Origin: an uncultured Anaerolineales bacterium
GTDB lineage: Bacteria; Chloroflexota; Anaerolineae; B4-G1
Direction: 5' to 3'
Assembly: GCA_964474655.1 (NCBI GenBank)
Contig: CAYYTU010000002.1
Location: forward strand, 64,095 to 128,094
DNA length: 64,000 bases
Numbering within the stretch: the stretch's first letter is position 1; every line of letters starts with the position of its first letter. Positions 45,285-54,093 of the stretch are shown here, piece by piece. A program made the translations under genes and the position numbers. The notes beneath the pieces were generated by a model that was given only the letters and a program-made list of their open reading frames with translations, searched no databases and was not told where the DNA came from.

Positions 45285-45599
45285 ATGGCTCTATCTCCTA
45301 CAGTCGTCTCCAAGCCGGCTCAAAAAGTGCTCAAGGAACTAACGGGAGAGACGCGCCCCGACTTGGCGCTTCCCCTGGCCTTGAAAGATCTGGTGCAACT
45401 GCGCTTGGAAGCTGCAGAATCCAAAATCGCTGCTTTCGAAGAAAAGTACAGTATGGACTTCGCCCAGTTCAAAGAGGCCTGGGAGCGCGGCGACATTGAC
45501 GCCCCTTACTCCTACGCCGTAGAAAAAGACTACTGGGAATGGGAAGCCGCGATAACTGACAAGGCCAAACTCGAAGAGCTACAAGACGCGCTGATTTGA
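45285..45599 (+). CDS. Small hypothetical protein (105 aa), independently transcribed and convergent with cobA-hemD.
   Basis: ATG with AAGAGGTGG upstream and a strong promoter. The protein is MALSPTVVSKPAQKVLKELTGETRPDLALPLALKDLVQLRLEAAESKIAAFEEKYSMDFAQFKEAWERGDIDAPYSYAVEKDYWEWEAAITDKAKLEELQDALI. The rest of tool ORF 43785..45599 is antisense artefact. Confidence 0.5.
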   Translation: MALSPTVVSKPAQKVLKELTGETRPDLALPLALKDLVQLRLEAAESKIAAFEEKYSMDFAQFKEAWERGDIDAPYSYAVEKDYWEWEAAITDKAKLEELQDALI

Positions 45600-45671
45600 G
45601 CACCTCCGAATTCCTCTTCTGCTGCTCCCGCAATCGTACGAGATCGCCGTCAAGAGACGCCTCCCACAAAG

Positions 45672-45708
45672 CCTACAACTTGCAACTTGCAACCTGCTAA
45701 CCTGTAAC
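45672..45708 (-). repeat. Tandem heptamer/octamer repeats (mRNA sense GCAAGUUG / GCAGGUUA) immediately 3' of the cobA-hemD stop codon.
   Basis: Plus strand reads caacttg caacttg caacctg ctaacctg. They share the GCAAGU core with the repeats upstream of hemL. Confidence 0.8.
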
Positions 45709-47235
45709 TTCTTTTTGATACGTCACCAACGCGTTGAGCAGCCCCTCAATCGTGTGCTCGCTGGCGCTGACGTGCACCGGCAGGCCCAGCTCCCGCGCCG
45801 TCCCCGCCGTGATGGGCCCGATGCAGGCGACGACGATGCCCTCCGGAAGCTCCGGCAGCGGCTCCAGCGCCGCCACGAAGTTACGCACGGTCGAGGAACT
45901 GGTGAAGGTCAGGACGTCGATCTCGCCCGCCGCCAGCAACTCGCGGATTCGCTCCGCATCCTCGGCATCGGCCGACACCGTCCGGTAGGCCGCGATCTCG
46001 TCGACGTCGGAGCCAGCATCAATCAACCCGTCGGCAAGCGCCGGGCGGGCGATGTCGGCCCGCGGCAGCAGCACGCGCTGCCCCTCCACCGCGCCGATCT
46101 CGTCCAGGATCGCCTCCGCAACGTACTGATCGGGCACCAGGTCGGCCCGCAGGCCGTGACGGGCCAGCTCCCCGGCGGTGACCGGGCCGATGGCGCCCAA
46201 GCGCGCGCCGGCGAAGGCCCGCGCGTCCTTCCCCAACGCCTCCAACCGCCGCCAGAAGAACCGCACCCCGTTGGTGCTGGTGAAGATGGTCCAATCGTAG
46301 TGACCGCTCGCCAGCCGCTCAATCGCCGCATCCAGCGCTGCCCAATCCTCCGGCGGGCGGATCTCAATGGTCGGGAAGATAACCGGAGCGGCGCCCAGTT
46401 CCCGCAGCCGCGCCGCGGTCCCCCCGGCCTTCTCGCGAGGCCGCGTGACCAGCACCCGCTGCCCAAACAACAGCCGCGTATCGAACCAGCGCAGCTCGTC
46501 CCGCAGCGCCGCCACGCCGCCCACCACGAGCACAGCCGGCGGTCGCAACTCGGCCTCCCGGGCCCGCTCGGCGATGGTTTCCAGCGTACCGGCCACCGCC
46601 TCCTGCCGGGGCGTCGTCCCCCAGCGAATGAGGGCCGCGGGCGTCTGCGGATCGCGCCCCGTCGCCAGCAGCTCCCGCGCGATGACCGGCAGGTTGCCCA
46701 CGCCCATCAGCACGATCAGCGTGTCCATCCGCGCCAGGGCGTCCCAATCGAGCCCCAGGCCCTCGTCGGCGCCCTCGCCGCCCTTGCGCCGGTGACCGGT
46801 GACCACGGCGAAGTTCGAGGCCACGTCCCGATGAGTGACGGGAATCCCGGCGTAGGCCGGGACGGCGATCGGGCTGGTGATGCCCGGCACCACCTCGAAG
46901 GGAACCCCGGCCGCCGATAAAACCTGGGCCTCCTCGCCGCCGCGCCCGAAGACGAAGGGATCGCCGCCCTTGAGCCGCACTACCCTCAGCCCGGCCCGCG
47001 CCTTCTCCACCAGCAAGTCGTTGATCTCCTGCTGCGACAGTTTGTGCTTGTGCGCCGACTTGCCGACGTAGATCAGCTCCGCGTCCGGCCGCGCCGCATC
47101 CAGCAGATCATCGCCGATCAGACGATCGTAGAGCACGACGTCGGCCCGCGCCAGGCAATCGCGCCCGCGCACGGTGATCAGGCCCGGATCGCCCGGCCCG
47201 GCGCCGATGAGGTAGACAATGCCAATGTTGGTCAA
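45697..47235 (-). CDS. cobA-hemD: Bifunctional uroporphyrinogen-III C-methyltransferase / uroporphyrinogen-III synthase.
   Basis: N-terminal SAM-methyltransferase motifs VYLIGAGPGDPGLITVRG and VVRLKGGDPFVFGRGGEE. The C-terminal half is HemD-like. The start is TTG with AGGAGGG 6 nt upstream and an in-frame TGA just beyond. Confidence 0.85.
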   Translation of the reverse strand: MTNIGIVYLIGAGPGDPGLITVRGRDCLARADVVLYDRLIGDDLLDAARPDAELIYVGKSAHKHKLSQQEINDLLVEKARAGLRVVRLKGGDPFVFGRGGEEAQVLSAAGVPFEVVPGITSPIAVPAYAGIPVTHRDVASNFAVVTGHRRKGGEGADEGLGLDWDALARMDTLIVLMGVGNLPVIARELLATGRDPQTPAALIRWGTTPRQEAVAGTLETIAERAREAELRPPAVLVVGGVAALRDELRWFDTRLLFGQRVLVTRPREKAGGTAARLRELGAAPVIFPTIEIRPPEDWAALDAAIERLASGHYDWTIFTSTNGVRFFWRRLEALGKDARAFAGARLGAIGPVTAGELARHGLRADLVPDQYVAEAILDEIGAVEGQRVLLPRADIARPALADGLIDAGSDVDEIAAYRTVSADAEDAERIRELLAAGEIDVLTFTSSSTVRNFVAALEPLPELPEGIVVACIGPITAGTARELGLPVHVSASEHTIEGLLNALVTYQKEVTG

Positions 47236-47283
47236 AATCGCCCTCCTGATTCAAAACGTGTTGCGTAGTGCGCAACCTTTCTG

Positions 47284-47316
47284 CTTACGCCTTACGTTTT
47301 TACGTTTTACGTTTCA
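47284..47316 (-). repeat. Four tandem heptamer repeats (mRNA sense AACGUAA) spanning the hemC stop codon.
   Basis: Minus-sense sequence gaaACGTAAaACGTAAaaACGTAAggCGTAAgc gives several in-frame TAA codons. Confidence 0.75.
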
Positions 47317-48238
47317 ACAAGTCGCCCGCGCCGCGCCCCAGCAGATCCTCGGCCACGGCCTCGCCTACTGCCTCCGCCTGCTCCATCGGACCGCGCCGCT
47401 CGTTGCGGATCATCCTCTGCCCGTCGTGGCTGGCGACCAGGCCGCGCAGCCACACGTCGCCCTCGTCGATCACGGCGTAGGCCGCGGCGGGCACGTGGCA
47501 GCCGGCGCCCAGACGAGCCATAAAGCTCCGTTCGGCGGCGGCAGCGGCCCAACTCGACGGGTGATTGACCGGCGCGACCAGCGTACGCGTCTGCTCGTCG
47601 TCCGCGCGGATCTCCACCGCAAGCGCACCCTGCCCCGCCGCCGGCAGCAGCGTCTCCGGCGGCAGCACCTCGGTGATCGCATCCTCGCGCTCCAGCCGGG
47701 TCAGCCCGGCGGCCGCCAGGACGACCGCATCGTAATCGGCCCCCTCGGCCTTGCGCAGGCGCGTATCCACGTTACCGCGGATGCCCACCACCTCCAGATC
47801 GGGACGCCGATTCAGCAGCTGCGCCTTGCGGCGCGGCGAGCCAGTGCCGACTCGCGCTCCGGCCGGCAGCTCCAGCAGCGAAGCGCCCGCGGGCGAGACC
47901 AGCACATCGCGCGGATCGGCTCGCTCCGGCACAGCAGCGAGCGCCAGCGCTGGCGGTACTCGACTGGGCATATCCTTCAGGCTATGAACCGCCAGGTCGA
48001 TCGCGTCGTCCAACAGCGCAACCTCCAGCGCCTTAACGAACAACCCCACACCTCCCGCTCGATGGAGCGGCGTCTTCCGGTCCCGATCGCCTTGGGTGGT
48101 AACCTCGACGATCTGGAAGCGAACGTCGGGATGATGGGCCTGCAACCGATCCATCACCCACCGCGCCTGCCAGAGCGCCAGATCGCTGCCGCGCGTACCG
48201 ACGCGGACGGTCGTCTGCTCATCGCTCTTCAGCGTCAC
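47300..48238 (-). CDS. hemC: Hydroxymethylbilane synthase (porphobilinogen deaminase).
   Basis: N-terminal motif VRVGTRGSDLALWQA and the dipyrromethane cofactor Cys region. Overlaps hemA by 4 nt. Confidence 0.9.
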   Translation of the reverse strand: MTLKSDEQTTVRVGTRGSDLALWQARWVMDRLQAHHPDVRFQIVEVTTQGDRDRKTPLHRAGGVGLFVKALEVALLDDAIDLAVHSLKDMPSRVPPALALAAVPERADPRDVLVSPAGASLLELPAGARVGTGSPRRKAQLLNRRPDLEVVGIRGNVDTRLRKAEGADYDAVVLAAAGLTRLEREDAITEVLPPETLLPAAGQGALAVEIRADDEQTRTLVAPVNHPSSWAAAAAERSFMARLGAGCHVPAAAYAVIDEGDVWLRGLVASHDGQRMIRNERRGPMEQAEAVGEAVAEDLLGRGAGDLLKRKT

Positions 48239-49557
48239 GTCGAGCGCTCCTTGACGCTCCCGTTGCCACCGTGTCCATTGCCGCCCAGGCCAAACAGATC
48301 GCGGGCCACCTCGGCGTAGTGGTAGCCATCGTCGCAGCCGGCGTGCTCCTTGAGGCAGACGGTGGGGTGATGCAAAATCTTGTTTACCAATCGCTTCGTC
48401 ATCGCCTGAATGATCTCGCGCTCGCGCTCAGAAAGGCCGTTCACGCGCCGCAGTGCTCGCTCGACCTCGGCCTGCCGCAGACCGTGAATCTCCCTCCGCA
48501 GATCGATGATGGTGGGCACCACATCCAGCGACCGGTGCCAGCTCAGAAACTCCTCTTGCACCTGTCCGATGATCGTCTCGACTCTCGGCACCTCCTGACG
48601 GCGGCGGGTCTTGTTCTGCTCGACCACGGCCTGCAAGTCGTCGATGTCGTAGAGGTAGACGCCATCCAGGCTGCCCACCGCCGGCTCGGCGTCGCGCGGC
48701 ACGGCGATATCGATCAGAAAGAGCGGGCGGTCACAGCGCGCCGTCATCGCCTGTTGGACGTTTTCCAGATGGACGATGGCATGCGGCGCCGCCGTCGAGG
48801 TGATGACGATGTCGGCCCACGAGAGCGCCTCATCCATCCGCTCCCAGCCCAACGCGCGGGCGTCGAACTGCGCCGCCAGCCGCTCGGCCCGGGCTCGGGT
48901 GCGGTTCAGGATGGAAAGATCCTCGGCGCCGGCCCCCACCAGCGCCTCGACCGTCAATTCCGCCATCTCCCCGGCGCCGATCACCAGCACCCGGCACGCC
49001 GACAGATCGCCGAAGACATCCTCCGCCAGATCGACCGCCACGTGACCGATCGAGGTCACGCCCTGGCTGATGTTCGTCTCGGTGCGGGCCCGTTTGCCCG
49101 CCTCAATGGCGTGCCGGAAGAGCGCCGCCAGCACCTTGCCGGCCGCGCCCAGCGAAAGCGCCGTCTCCATCGCATCGGTAACCTGGCCCAGTACCTCGTG
49201 CTCGCCCAGGACCATCGAATCGAGCCCGGCCGCCACGGAGAAGAGATGCTCGACCGCCTCCTCATCGGCGTAGGTGTAGAGATAGGGCTCGAACGCCTCG
49301 CGAGGCTCCCCGTGGCAATCCTCCAGCAGCCGACAGACGGCCTCGTAGCCCTCGTCGCGGGAGGAGGCCACGGTGTAGACCTCCAGGCGATTGCAGGTGG
49401 AGAGGATGACGCCCTCCGCGCCGTAAGGACACGAGCCGTTGCCGGACCGGTAGCGGGCCAGCGCCTCCTCCAGGGATCGCCTGTTGAACGCCAGTGTCTC
49501 TCGCACCTCAACCGGCGCGACCTTGTGATTGAGGCCCACAACCACGATTCGTTTCAT
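48235..49557 (-). CDS. hemA: Glutamyl-tRNA reductase.
   Basis: MKRIVVVGLNHKVAPVEVRE, the active-site Cys in ILSTCNRLEVY, and the NADPH-binding site VLVIGAGEMAEL. ATG at 49557 overlaps the sirC-like stop (TGATG). The tool's 5' extension to 50067 is spurious. Confidence 0.9.
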   Translation of the reverse strand: MKRIVVVGLNHKVAPVEVRETLAFNRRSLEEALARYRSGNGSCPYGAEGVILSTCNRLEVYTVASSRDEGYEAVCRLLEDCHGEPREAFEPYLYTYADEEAVEHLFSVAAGLDSMVLGEHEVLGQVTDAMETALSLGAAGKVLAALFRHAIEAGKRARTETNISQGVTSIGHVAVDLAEDVFGDLSACRVLVIGAGEMAELTVEALVGAGAEDLSILNRTRARAERLAAQFDARALGWERMDEALSWADIVITSTAAPHAIVHLENVQQAMTARCDRPLFLIDIAVPRDAEPAVGSLDGVYLYDIDDLQAVVEQNKTRRRQEVPRVETIIGQVQEEFLSWHRSLDVVPTIIDLRREIHGLRQAEVERALRRVNGLSEREREIIQAMTKRLVNKILHHPTVCLKEHAGCDDGYHYAEVARDLFGLGGNGHGGNGSVKERST

Positions 49558-50204
49558 CAGTCGCCTCCAGCTATCGTCTGATCCAAAATCTCCCGAGCGC
49601 GATGACGAGCTGCGATCTCGTCGCCGGAAGCCAATAATGCCAGCACATCCGATTGGAAAACCCGTTTCCAGAAGATGCGTCGCTCGGCAAGCGCCAGTTC
49701 GTCGACGGCCCGCCCGCGCAGCTCGCCCAGCAGCTCGACGTAATCGGCGTAGGCTGGGCCGAACTCCTGCTCCAGATGCTTTCGCAGATGACGGGAGAAG
49801 GCAGGGCAATAGCCACTGGTGGAGATGGCCAGCGTCAGCGAGCCGCGCCGCACCACGCTGGGCGCGATGAAGGTGCAATGCGCCGGATCGTCCACCACGT
49901 TGACCGGCATACCACGCTCCTGCGCCTCCTCCCACACCCGCCGGTTGACCTCGGGATCGTCGGTGGCGGCGATGGCGAGCGCCGCGCCCTCCAGATCGCC
50001 CCGACGGTAGGCCCGTCGCACGACCTCGACAGCGTCGCTCGCGGCCAGTTCCTCCAGCCGGTCGCACAGCTGGGGGCTGATCACCACCACCCGCGCGTCG
50101 GCCTTGCGCAGCCCGCTCACCTTGCGGGCTGCCACCTTGCCGCCGCCCACGACCACGCAGCGGGCGCGGTCCAGGTGGACCAGGAAGATGGGATAGCCTT
50201 TCAC
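49557..50204 (-). CDS. sirC: Precorrin-2 dehydrogenase / sirohydrochlorin ferrochelatase (siroheme synthase N-terminal domain type).
   Basis: Rossmann motif VVVGGGKVAARK. The length of 215 aa is typical for SirC/CysG-N. Overlaps the upstream regulator gene by 4 nt. Confidence 0.72.
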   Translation of the reverse strand: MKGYPIFLVHLDRARCVVVGGGKVAARKVSGLRKADARVVVISPQLCDRLEELAASDAVEVVRRAYRRGDLEGAALAIAATDDPEVNRRVWEEAQERGMPVNVVDDPAHCTFIAPSVVRRGSLTLAISTSGYCPAFSRHLRKHLEQEFGPAYADYVELLGELRGRAVDELALAERRIFWKRVFQSDVLALLASGDEIAARHRAREILDQTIAGGD

Positions 50205-50872
50205 TGCGAGGACCTCGAGGTCACTTGTTCGCGCAGCGTCCGCTCGTAGGCGTCCATCGCGGCGCAGAAGACCTCGTCCAGGAACTCCTGGAGGCTGCGA
50301 TGGATGTGAGTATCCTCCGCGTCGTGCGCCCCCGCAGGCCCCGGAAGGGCCGCGCGGACGAGCGTCTCGCGAAAGAAGAGGAAGGCCTGGGCCGTATCCG
50401 CCAGCGACAGACCGCGTTCTGCGGCGTCTTTTCCATAATCCCAGCCGATGCTCCGCCCTTCTCTGAGCACCGCCGCTCGCCCGGTGCTGCGAGACGTGTA
50501 GCGAATCGCCAGCCCCAGAAGTCGGCGACCGCTCTCACGCCGCGCGGCGCGCTCGGACGCGTCGAATGCAGCGCGCCAGGGCTTCTGATCCAATCTCTCA
50601 GCCGCCATCTCGTGGCGCGTATGACGGATCAGCGTATCCGCCAGGGCGTCAGGGGACGCTACGACACCACCGTGATCGCTCGAAGCCAGAAACGCTTGCA
50701 GATCACTCTCGAGGAAACGTCGGTGACCACCTGGTGTGCGCATACAGCGCAGATCGCCGTCATTGGTCCAGCGACGCACGGTGGAAGGGTGAACACCAAG
50801 ACGCTGAGCAGCTTCGCTCAGCGTCAACCAACGAGGCTGATTGGAGGGGATAGAGAGTTCTCGCCCGTTCAT
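50201..50872 (-). CDS. HTH (excisionase/MerR-like) transcriptional regulator with a C-terminal helical domain. First gene of the regulator-sirC-hemA-hemC-cobA/hemD operon.
   Basis: HTH segment LTLSEAAQRLGVHPSTVRRWTNDGDLRCMRTPGGHRRF. Translationally coupled to sirC. Confidence 0.6.
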   Translation of the reverse strand: MNGRELSIPSNQPRWLTLSEAAQRLGVHPSTVRRWTNDGDLRCMRTPGGHRRFLESDLQAFLASSDHGGVVASPDALADTLIRHTRHEMAAERLDQKPWRAAFDASERAARRESGRRLLGLAIRYTSRSTGRAAVLREGRSIGWDYGKDAAERGLSLADTAQAFLFFRETLVRAALPGPAGAHDAEDTHIHRSLQEFLDEVFCAAMDAYERTLREQVTSRSSQ

Positions 50873-50894
50873 AAAGCAACCAAAACAGTATAAA

Positions 50895-50950
50895 GTTATG
50901 CAAACCTATGCAAGGCGAGATTATATCAGGACCCTCGAACCGCGTCAAGT
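50895..50950 (-). promoter_or_regulatory. Consensus sigma-70 promoter TTGACG-17-TATAAT with a direct repeat TTGCATA-N3-TTGCATA over the transcription start.
   Basis: On the minus strand: -35 is the reverse complement of 50943..50948, -10 is the reverse complement of 50920..50925, and the repeats are the reverse complement of 50897..50913. Confidence 0.65.
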
Positions 50951-50979
50951 ACAGAGCACGCTGGGAAATCGCAGCGGCC

Positions 50980-52491
50980 TTATTCGCATCCGACGAGCGC
51001 GTCCAGCGCCGCCATATCCAGCGCCGCCTCGACGGTATCGGCCAGGCGGTCGAAAGCTGCCTCGTGCCGCGCCGAGAGGGCGGGCTTTTCGCCGCGATAG
51101 TCCCAGCCCAGCGTCGCAAGCCAGGCTCGACGCAGGCCCTCGTTTTCGAACAAGCCGTGGAGATAGCAGCCCCACACGCGTCCATCGCCGCTGGCGGCTC
51201 CGTCGGCCACGCTGACGGCGGCCCCGCTCCGCTCGGTGAGCTCCAGCCACGGCTCCCCGCCCCAGGTGCGGCCCATATGGATTTCGTAGCCGCGGACGCG
51301 TTGGCCTTCAAGCGCAGAAAGCCAGCCGCCCCCGCCGGTCACCCGTGCTCGAGCGCGATGGGTCGCCTTCTCGCCCGCGAAGGTCGTCTCTATCGGCAGC
51401 AGCCCGAGGGCCGCCACCTCGTCCACCGAGGCCTCGACGTGCTCGGGATCGCGGATCACGCGCCCCAGCATCTGATACCCGCCGCAGACGCCGACGACGG
51501 CCACGCCAGCCTCGGTCAGATGCTCCAGCGCTCGGGCGAAGCCCTGCTCTTGCATCCAAAGCAGATCGGCCACGGTGCTCTTGGTGCCGGGGATGATCAC
51601 GGCGTCCGGCTCGCCCAGCTCCTGCACCGTGGAGACGTAGCGCACCGCCACGCCCGGCTCGGCCTCCAGCGGATCGAAATCGTCGAAGTTGGAGATGCGC
51701 GGCAGCTTGATCACGGCGATGTCCACATCGGCCTCGTCCCCATATCGACGACTGGCGTCCGGCACCTCCAGCGCCACGCCATCCTCCTCCGGAATGTCGA
51801 GCGCGGGCAGGTAGGGCACCACACCCAGCACCGGCACGCCGCCGCGCTCCTCCAGGATGTCCACACCGTCGGCGAAGAGCGCCAGATCACCCCGGAACTT
51901 GTTGACGATCAGACCTGCCACCAGGACCTGCTCCTCCGGCTCCAGCAGCCAGAGCGTGCCGAGCAGCTGCGCGAAGATGCCGCCGCGGTCGATGTCGCCG
52001 ACCAGCAGCACTGGCGCCTGGGCATAGCGGGCCACAGCCATATTGACGATGTCGCCGTCCTTCAGGTTCAGCTCGACCGGGCTTCCGGCGCCCTCGACGA
52101 TCACCAGCTCGTACCGCTCGCGCAGCCGATCCAGCGCGTCGGTGACCGCGGACCAGAGCTGCTGTTTGCGCTGGTAGTACGACCGCGCCGATTCGGTGCG
52201 CACCGGGCGGCCCATCAGCACCACCTGCGAGCGCGAATCGGCCTCGGGCTTGAGCAGCACCGGGTTGATGTCGGCCGTCGGCTCGATCCCGGCGGCGGCG
52301 GCCTGCACCGCCTGCGCCCGCCCGATCTCAGCGCCGTCGGGGCAGACGGCCGCGTTGTTCGACATATTCTGCGCCTTGAAGGGCGTCACGCGCACGCCGC
52401 GCCGGGCGTAGATGCGACACAGCGCCGTCACCAGCAGGCTCTTACCCGCCGAGGACGACGTGCCTAGAACGACAATGACGTTTGCCGACAT
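50980..52491 (-). CDS. cobQ: Cobyric acid synthase.
   Basis: N-terminal P-loop GTSSSAGKS and a C-terminal glutamine amidotransferase with [13 protein letters not shown] (MSANVIVV) at 52491 has GAGAGGA upstream. Confidence 0.85.
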   Translation of the reverse strand: MSANVIVVLGTSSSAGKSLLVTALCRIYARRGVRVTPFKAQNMSNNAAVCPDGAEIGRAQAVQAAAAGIEPTADINPVLLKPEADSRSQVVLMGRPVRTESARSYYQRKQQLWSAVTDALDRLRERYELVIVEGAGSPVELNLKDGDIVNMAVARYAQAPVLLVGDIDRGGIFAQLLGTLWLLEPEEQVLVAGLIVNKFRGDLALFADGVDILEERGGVPVLGVVPYLPALDIPEEDGVALEVPDASRRYGDEADVDIAVIKLPRISNFDDFDPLEAEPGVAVRYVSTVQELGEPDAVIIPGTKSTVADLLWMQEQGFARALEHLTEAGVAVVGVCGGYQMLGRVIRDPEHVEASVDEVAALGLLPIETTFAGEKATHRARARVTGGGGWLSALEGQRVRGYEIHMGRTWGGEPWLELTERSGAAVSVADGAASGDGRVWGCYLHGLFENEGLRRAWLATLGWDYRGEKPALSARHEAAFDRLADTVEAALDMAALDALVGCE

Positions 52492-52573
52492 AAAATCCTC
52501 TCTACCAATCAACAAGCGTAAGTGAGCGAATATGGAAGCCTCAAGTGAGAAAGCAGCCTATTGAAAACGCGTC

Positions 52574-53557
52574 TCAAAGCCCGCCGCCCCGCAGCGCGTG
52601 GCGAGCGATCGTCACCTCTCGCGGCATTCTGCGGGCCAGGAAGTCCAGCGCGGCCGGCACGTCGGCCTGCGCCGGATCGAACAACAGCCCCAACAGGGTG
52701 CCGCTGTGCGCCCGACAGACGCCCAAGGCCCCTACCTCCCGTGCCAGCTCCAACACTGGCTCAAGCAGCGGATTTGGCAGAATGGCCTGATGCACGCAGG
52801 CGCTGAGCGTGGCCGCCTCGCCGACGGCGTGCCAATCGTCGGTTTCCAGACCCTCAAATAGCAGCTCAAACGCCTCGCGATGGGAAGGCGCCAGTCGCCT
52901 CAGTACCTCGCGGTGATCCAGCCGATTGAAGGCCAACGTGTCCACCTCGCCGCCCGGGTCGATCAGTGCCACCGCCAGGGGAGGCGCTGGCCCCAGCCGT
53001 CGCCAGAAACTGCCCGTCCGATGATCGAACAGCGCCAGCCCGGGGAAGATGGTGCTGTCGCTGGGCTCGATGCTCACGGCCAGCCGGGCTACCTCCTCCG
53101 GCGCCATCGGCTGGCCCAACGCCTGTCTCAGCGCGTAGAGCGTGGCCCCCACGTCGGCGGTGCTGGAGGCGTACCCGCGCCCGCAGGGCAGCTCCGACGC
53201 AATCCGCAGGCGAACGCGAGCGACGGTCTCGCGCAGCTCGGCCCGCGCCTGCCGCAGACCCACGCGCAGCGCCTCGACGGCCTTGGGCGTGTCCGTGGGG
53301 ACGTCCCAGTGGCGCGAACCGTTCCCCTGCCCGCAATCGCCAGGCGGCTCGGCCCCAAGGGCAACCTCGGCGACAGCGTAGCGGTCGATGGGGCACGAGA
53401 CCAGGCAGCGCACGCCGTCCAGCGTCCCCTGCACCAGCTCGCCGCAGGCGGCCGGCAGCGCCGCTCGCCCGATCCGCACGCCGGAGGCCCGCGCGACGCG
53501 CTCCCTCGTCGCACACGGCACCGGAACGTCGACCCGTGCCTGCTGCAATCGCGCCAT
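52574..53557 (-). CDS. GHMP-family kinase in a cobalamin context. Putative L-threonine kinase (PduX-like).
   Basis: GHMP motif PCGRGYASSTADVGATLYAL. Located between cobO and cobQ. Confidence 0.6.
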   Translation of the reverse strand: MARLQQARVDVPVPCATRERVARASGVRIGRAALPAACGELVQGTLDGVRCLVSCPIDRYAVAEVALGAEPPGDCGQGNGSRHWDVPTDTPKAVEALRVGLRQARAELRETVARVRLRIASELPCGRGYASSTADVGATLYALRQALGQPMAPEEVARLAVSIEPSDSTIFPGLALFDHRTGSFWRRLGPAPPLAVALIDPGGEVDTLAFNRLDHREVLRRLAPSHREAFELLFEGLETDDWHAVGEAATLSACVHQAILPNPLLEPVLELAREVGALGVCRAHSGTLLGLLFDPAQADVPAALDFLARRMPREVTIARHALRGGGL

Positions 53558-54093
53558 CAGAACTCGATCCCGCGCTGTGCGCCCACGCCGCGCTTCAGGG
53601 GATGCTTCACCGCCCGCATCTCGGTGACCAGATCGGCGAAGGCGACCAGCACAGGCGGCGCGTCGCGCCCGGTGATGACCACGTGGAGCGTCGGCGGCTT
53701 ATGCTCGCGCAGCCAGGCGATCGCGTCAGCCGCGTCGATCCAGCCGTACTTCAACGGGTAGGTGAACTCGTCCAGAATGATCAGATCGTACTGCCCGCCG
53801 GCGATCTTCTCCCGCGCCAACGCCCAGGCGTGGCGTGCCTTGTCCGCGCTCGCATCCAAATCGTCGGAGAGACGGGTGAAGCCGTCGCCCATCTGATGCC
53901 ACTCAATACCCATCCGCTTCGCCGCCTTTACCTCCCCCAGGTTCTTCGACCGCCCCTTGATGAACTGGATCACGCACGCCCGCATACCGTGGCCCCAGGC
54001 GCGCATCAGCACCCCGAACGCGGCCGTCGTCTTCCCCTTGCCACGCCCGGTGTTGACGATGACGAGTCCCTTCTTCTGTTTCCTATCGCTCAT
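53557..54093 (-). CDS. cobO: ATP:cob(I)alamin / cob(I)yrinic acid a,c-diamide adenosyltransferase (CobO/BtuR type).
   Basis: P-loop GRGKGKTTAAFG. Length 178 aa. The motif DEFTYPLKYGWID is typical. Confidence 0.85.
   Translation of the reverse strand: MSDRKQKKGLVIVNTGRGKGKTTAAFGVLMRAWGHGMRACVIQFIKGRSKNLGEVKAAKRMGIEWHQMGDGFTRLSDDLDASADKARHAWALAREKIAGGQYDLIILDEFTYPLKYGWIDAADAIAWLREHKPPTLHVVITGRDAPPVLVAFADLVTEMRAVKHPLKRGVGAQRGIEF

Noticed and set aside
48235-50067. 5' extensions of tool ORFs. These are hemA reported from 50067, cbiO from 55534, cbiD from 62078, hemL from 40018 and the DUF11 gene from 35372.
   Set aside because: The extensions are low-complexity and lack ribosome-binding sites. 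Internal ATGs with good ribosome-binding sites coincide with the conserved N-termini of the protein families (MKRIVVVGLNH, MTPILAF, MTAHARK, MEIQRS, MMKNIT).
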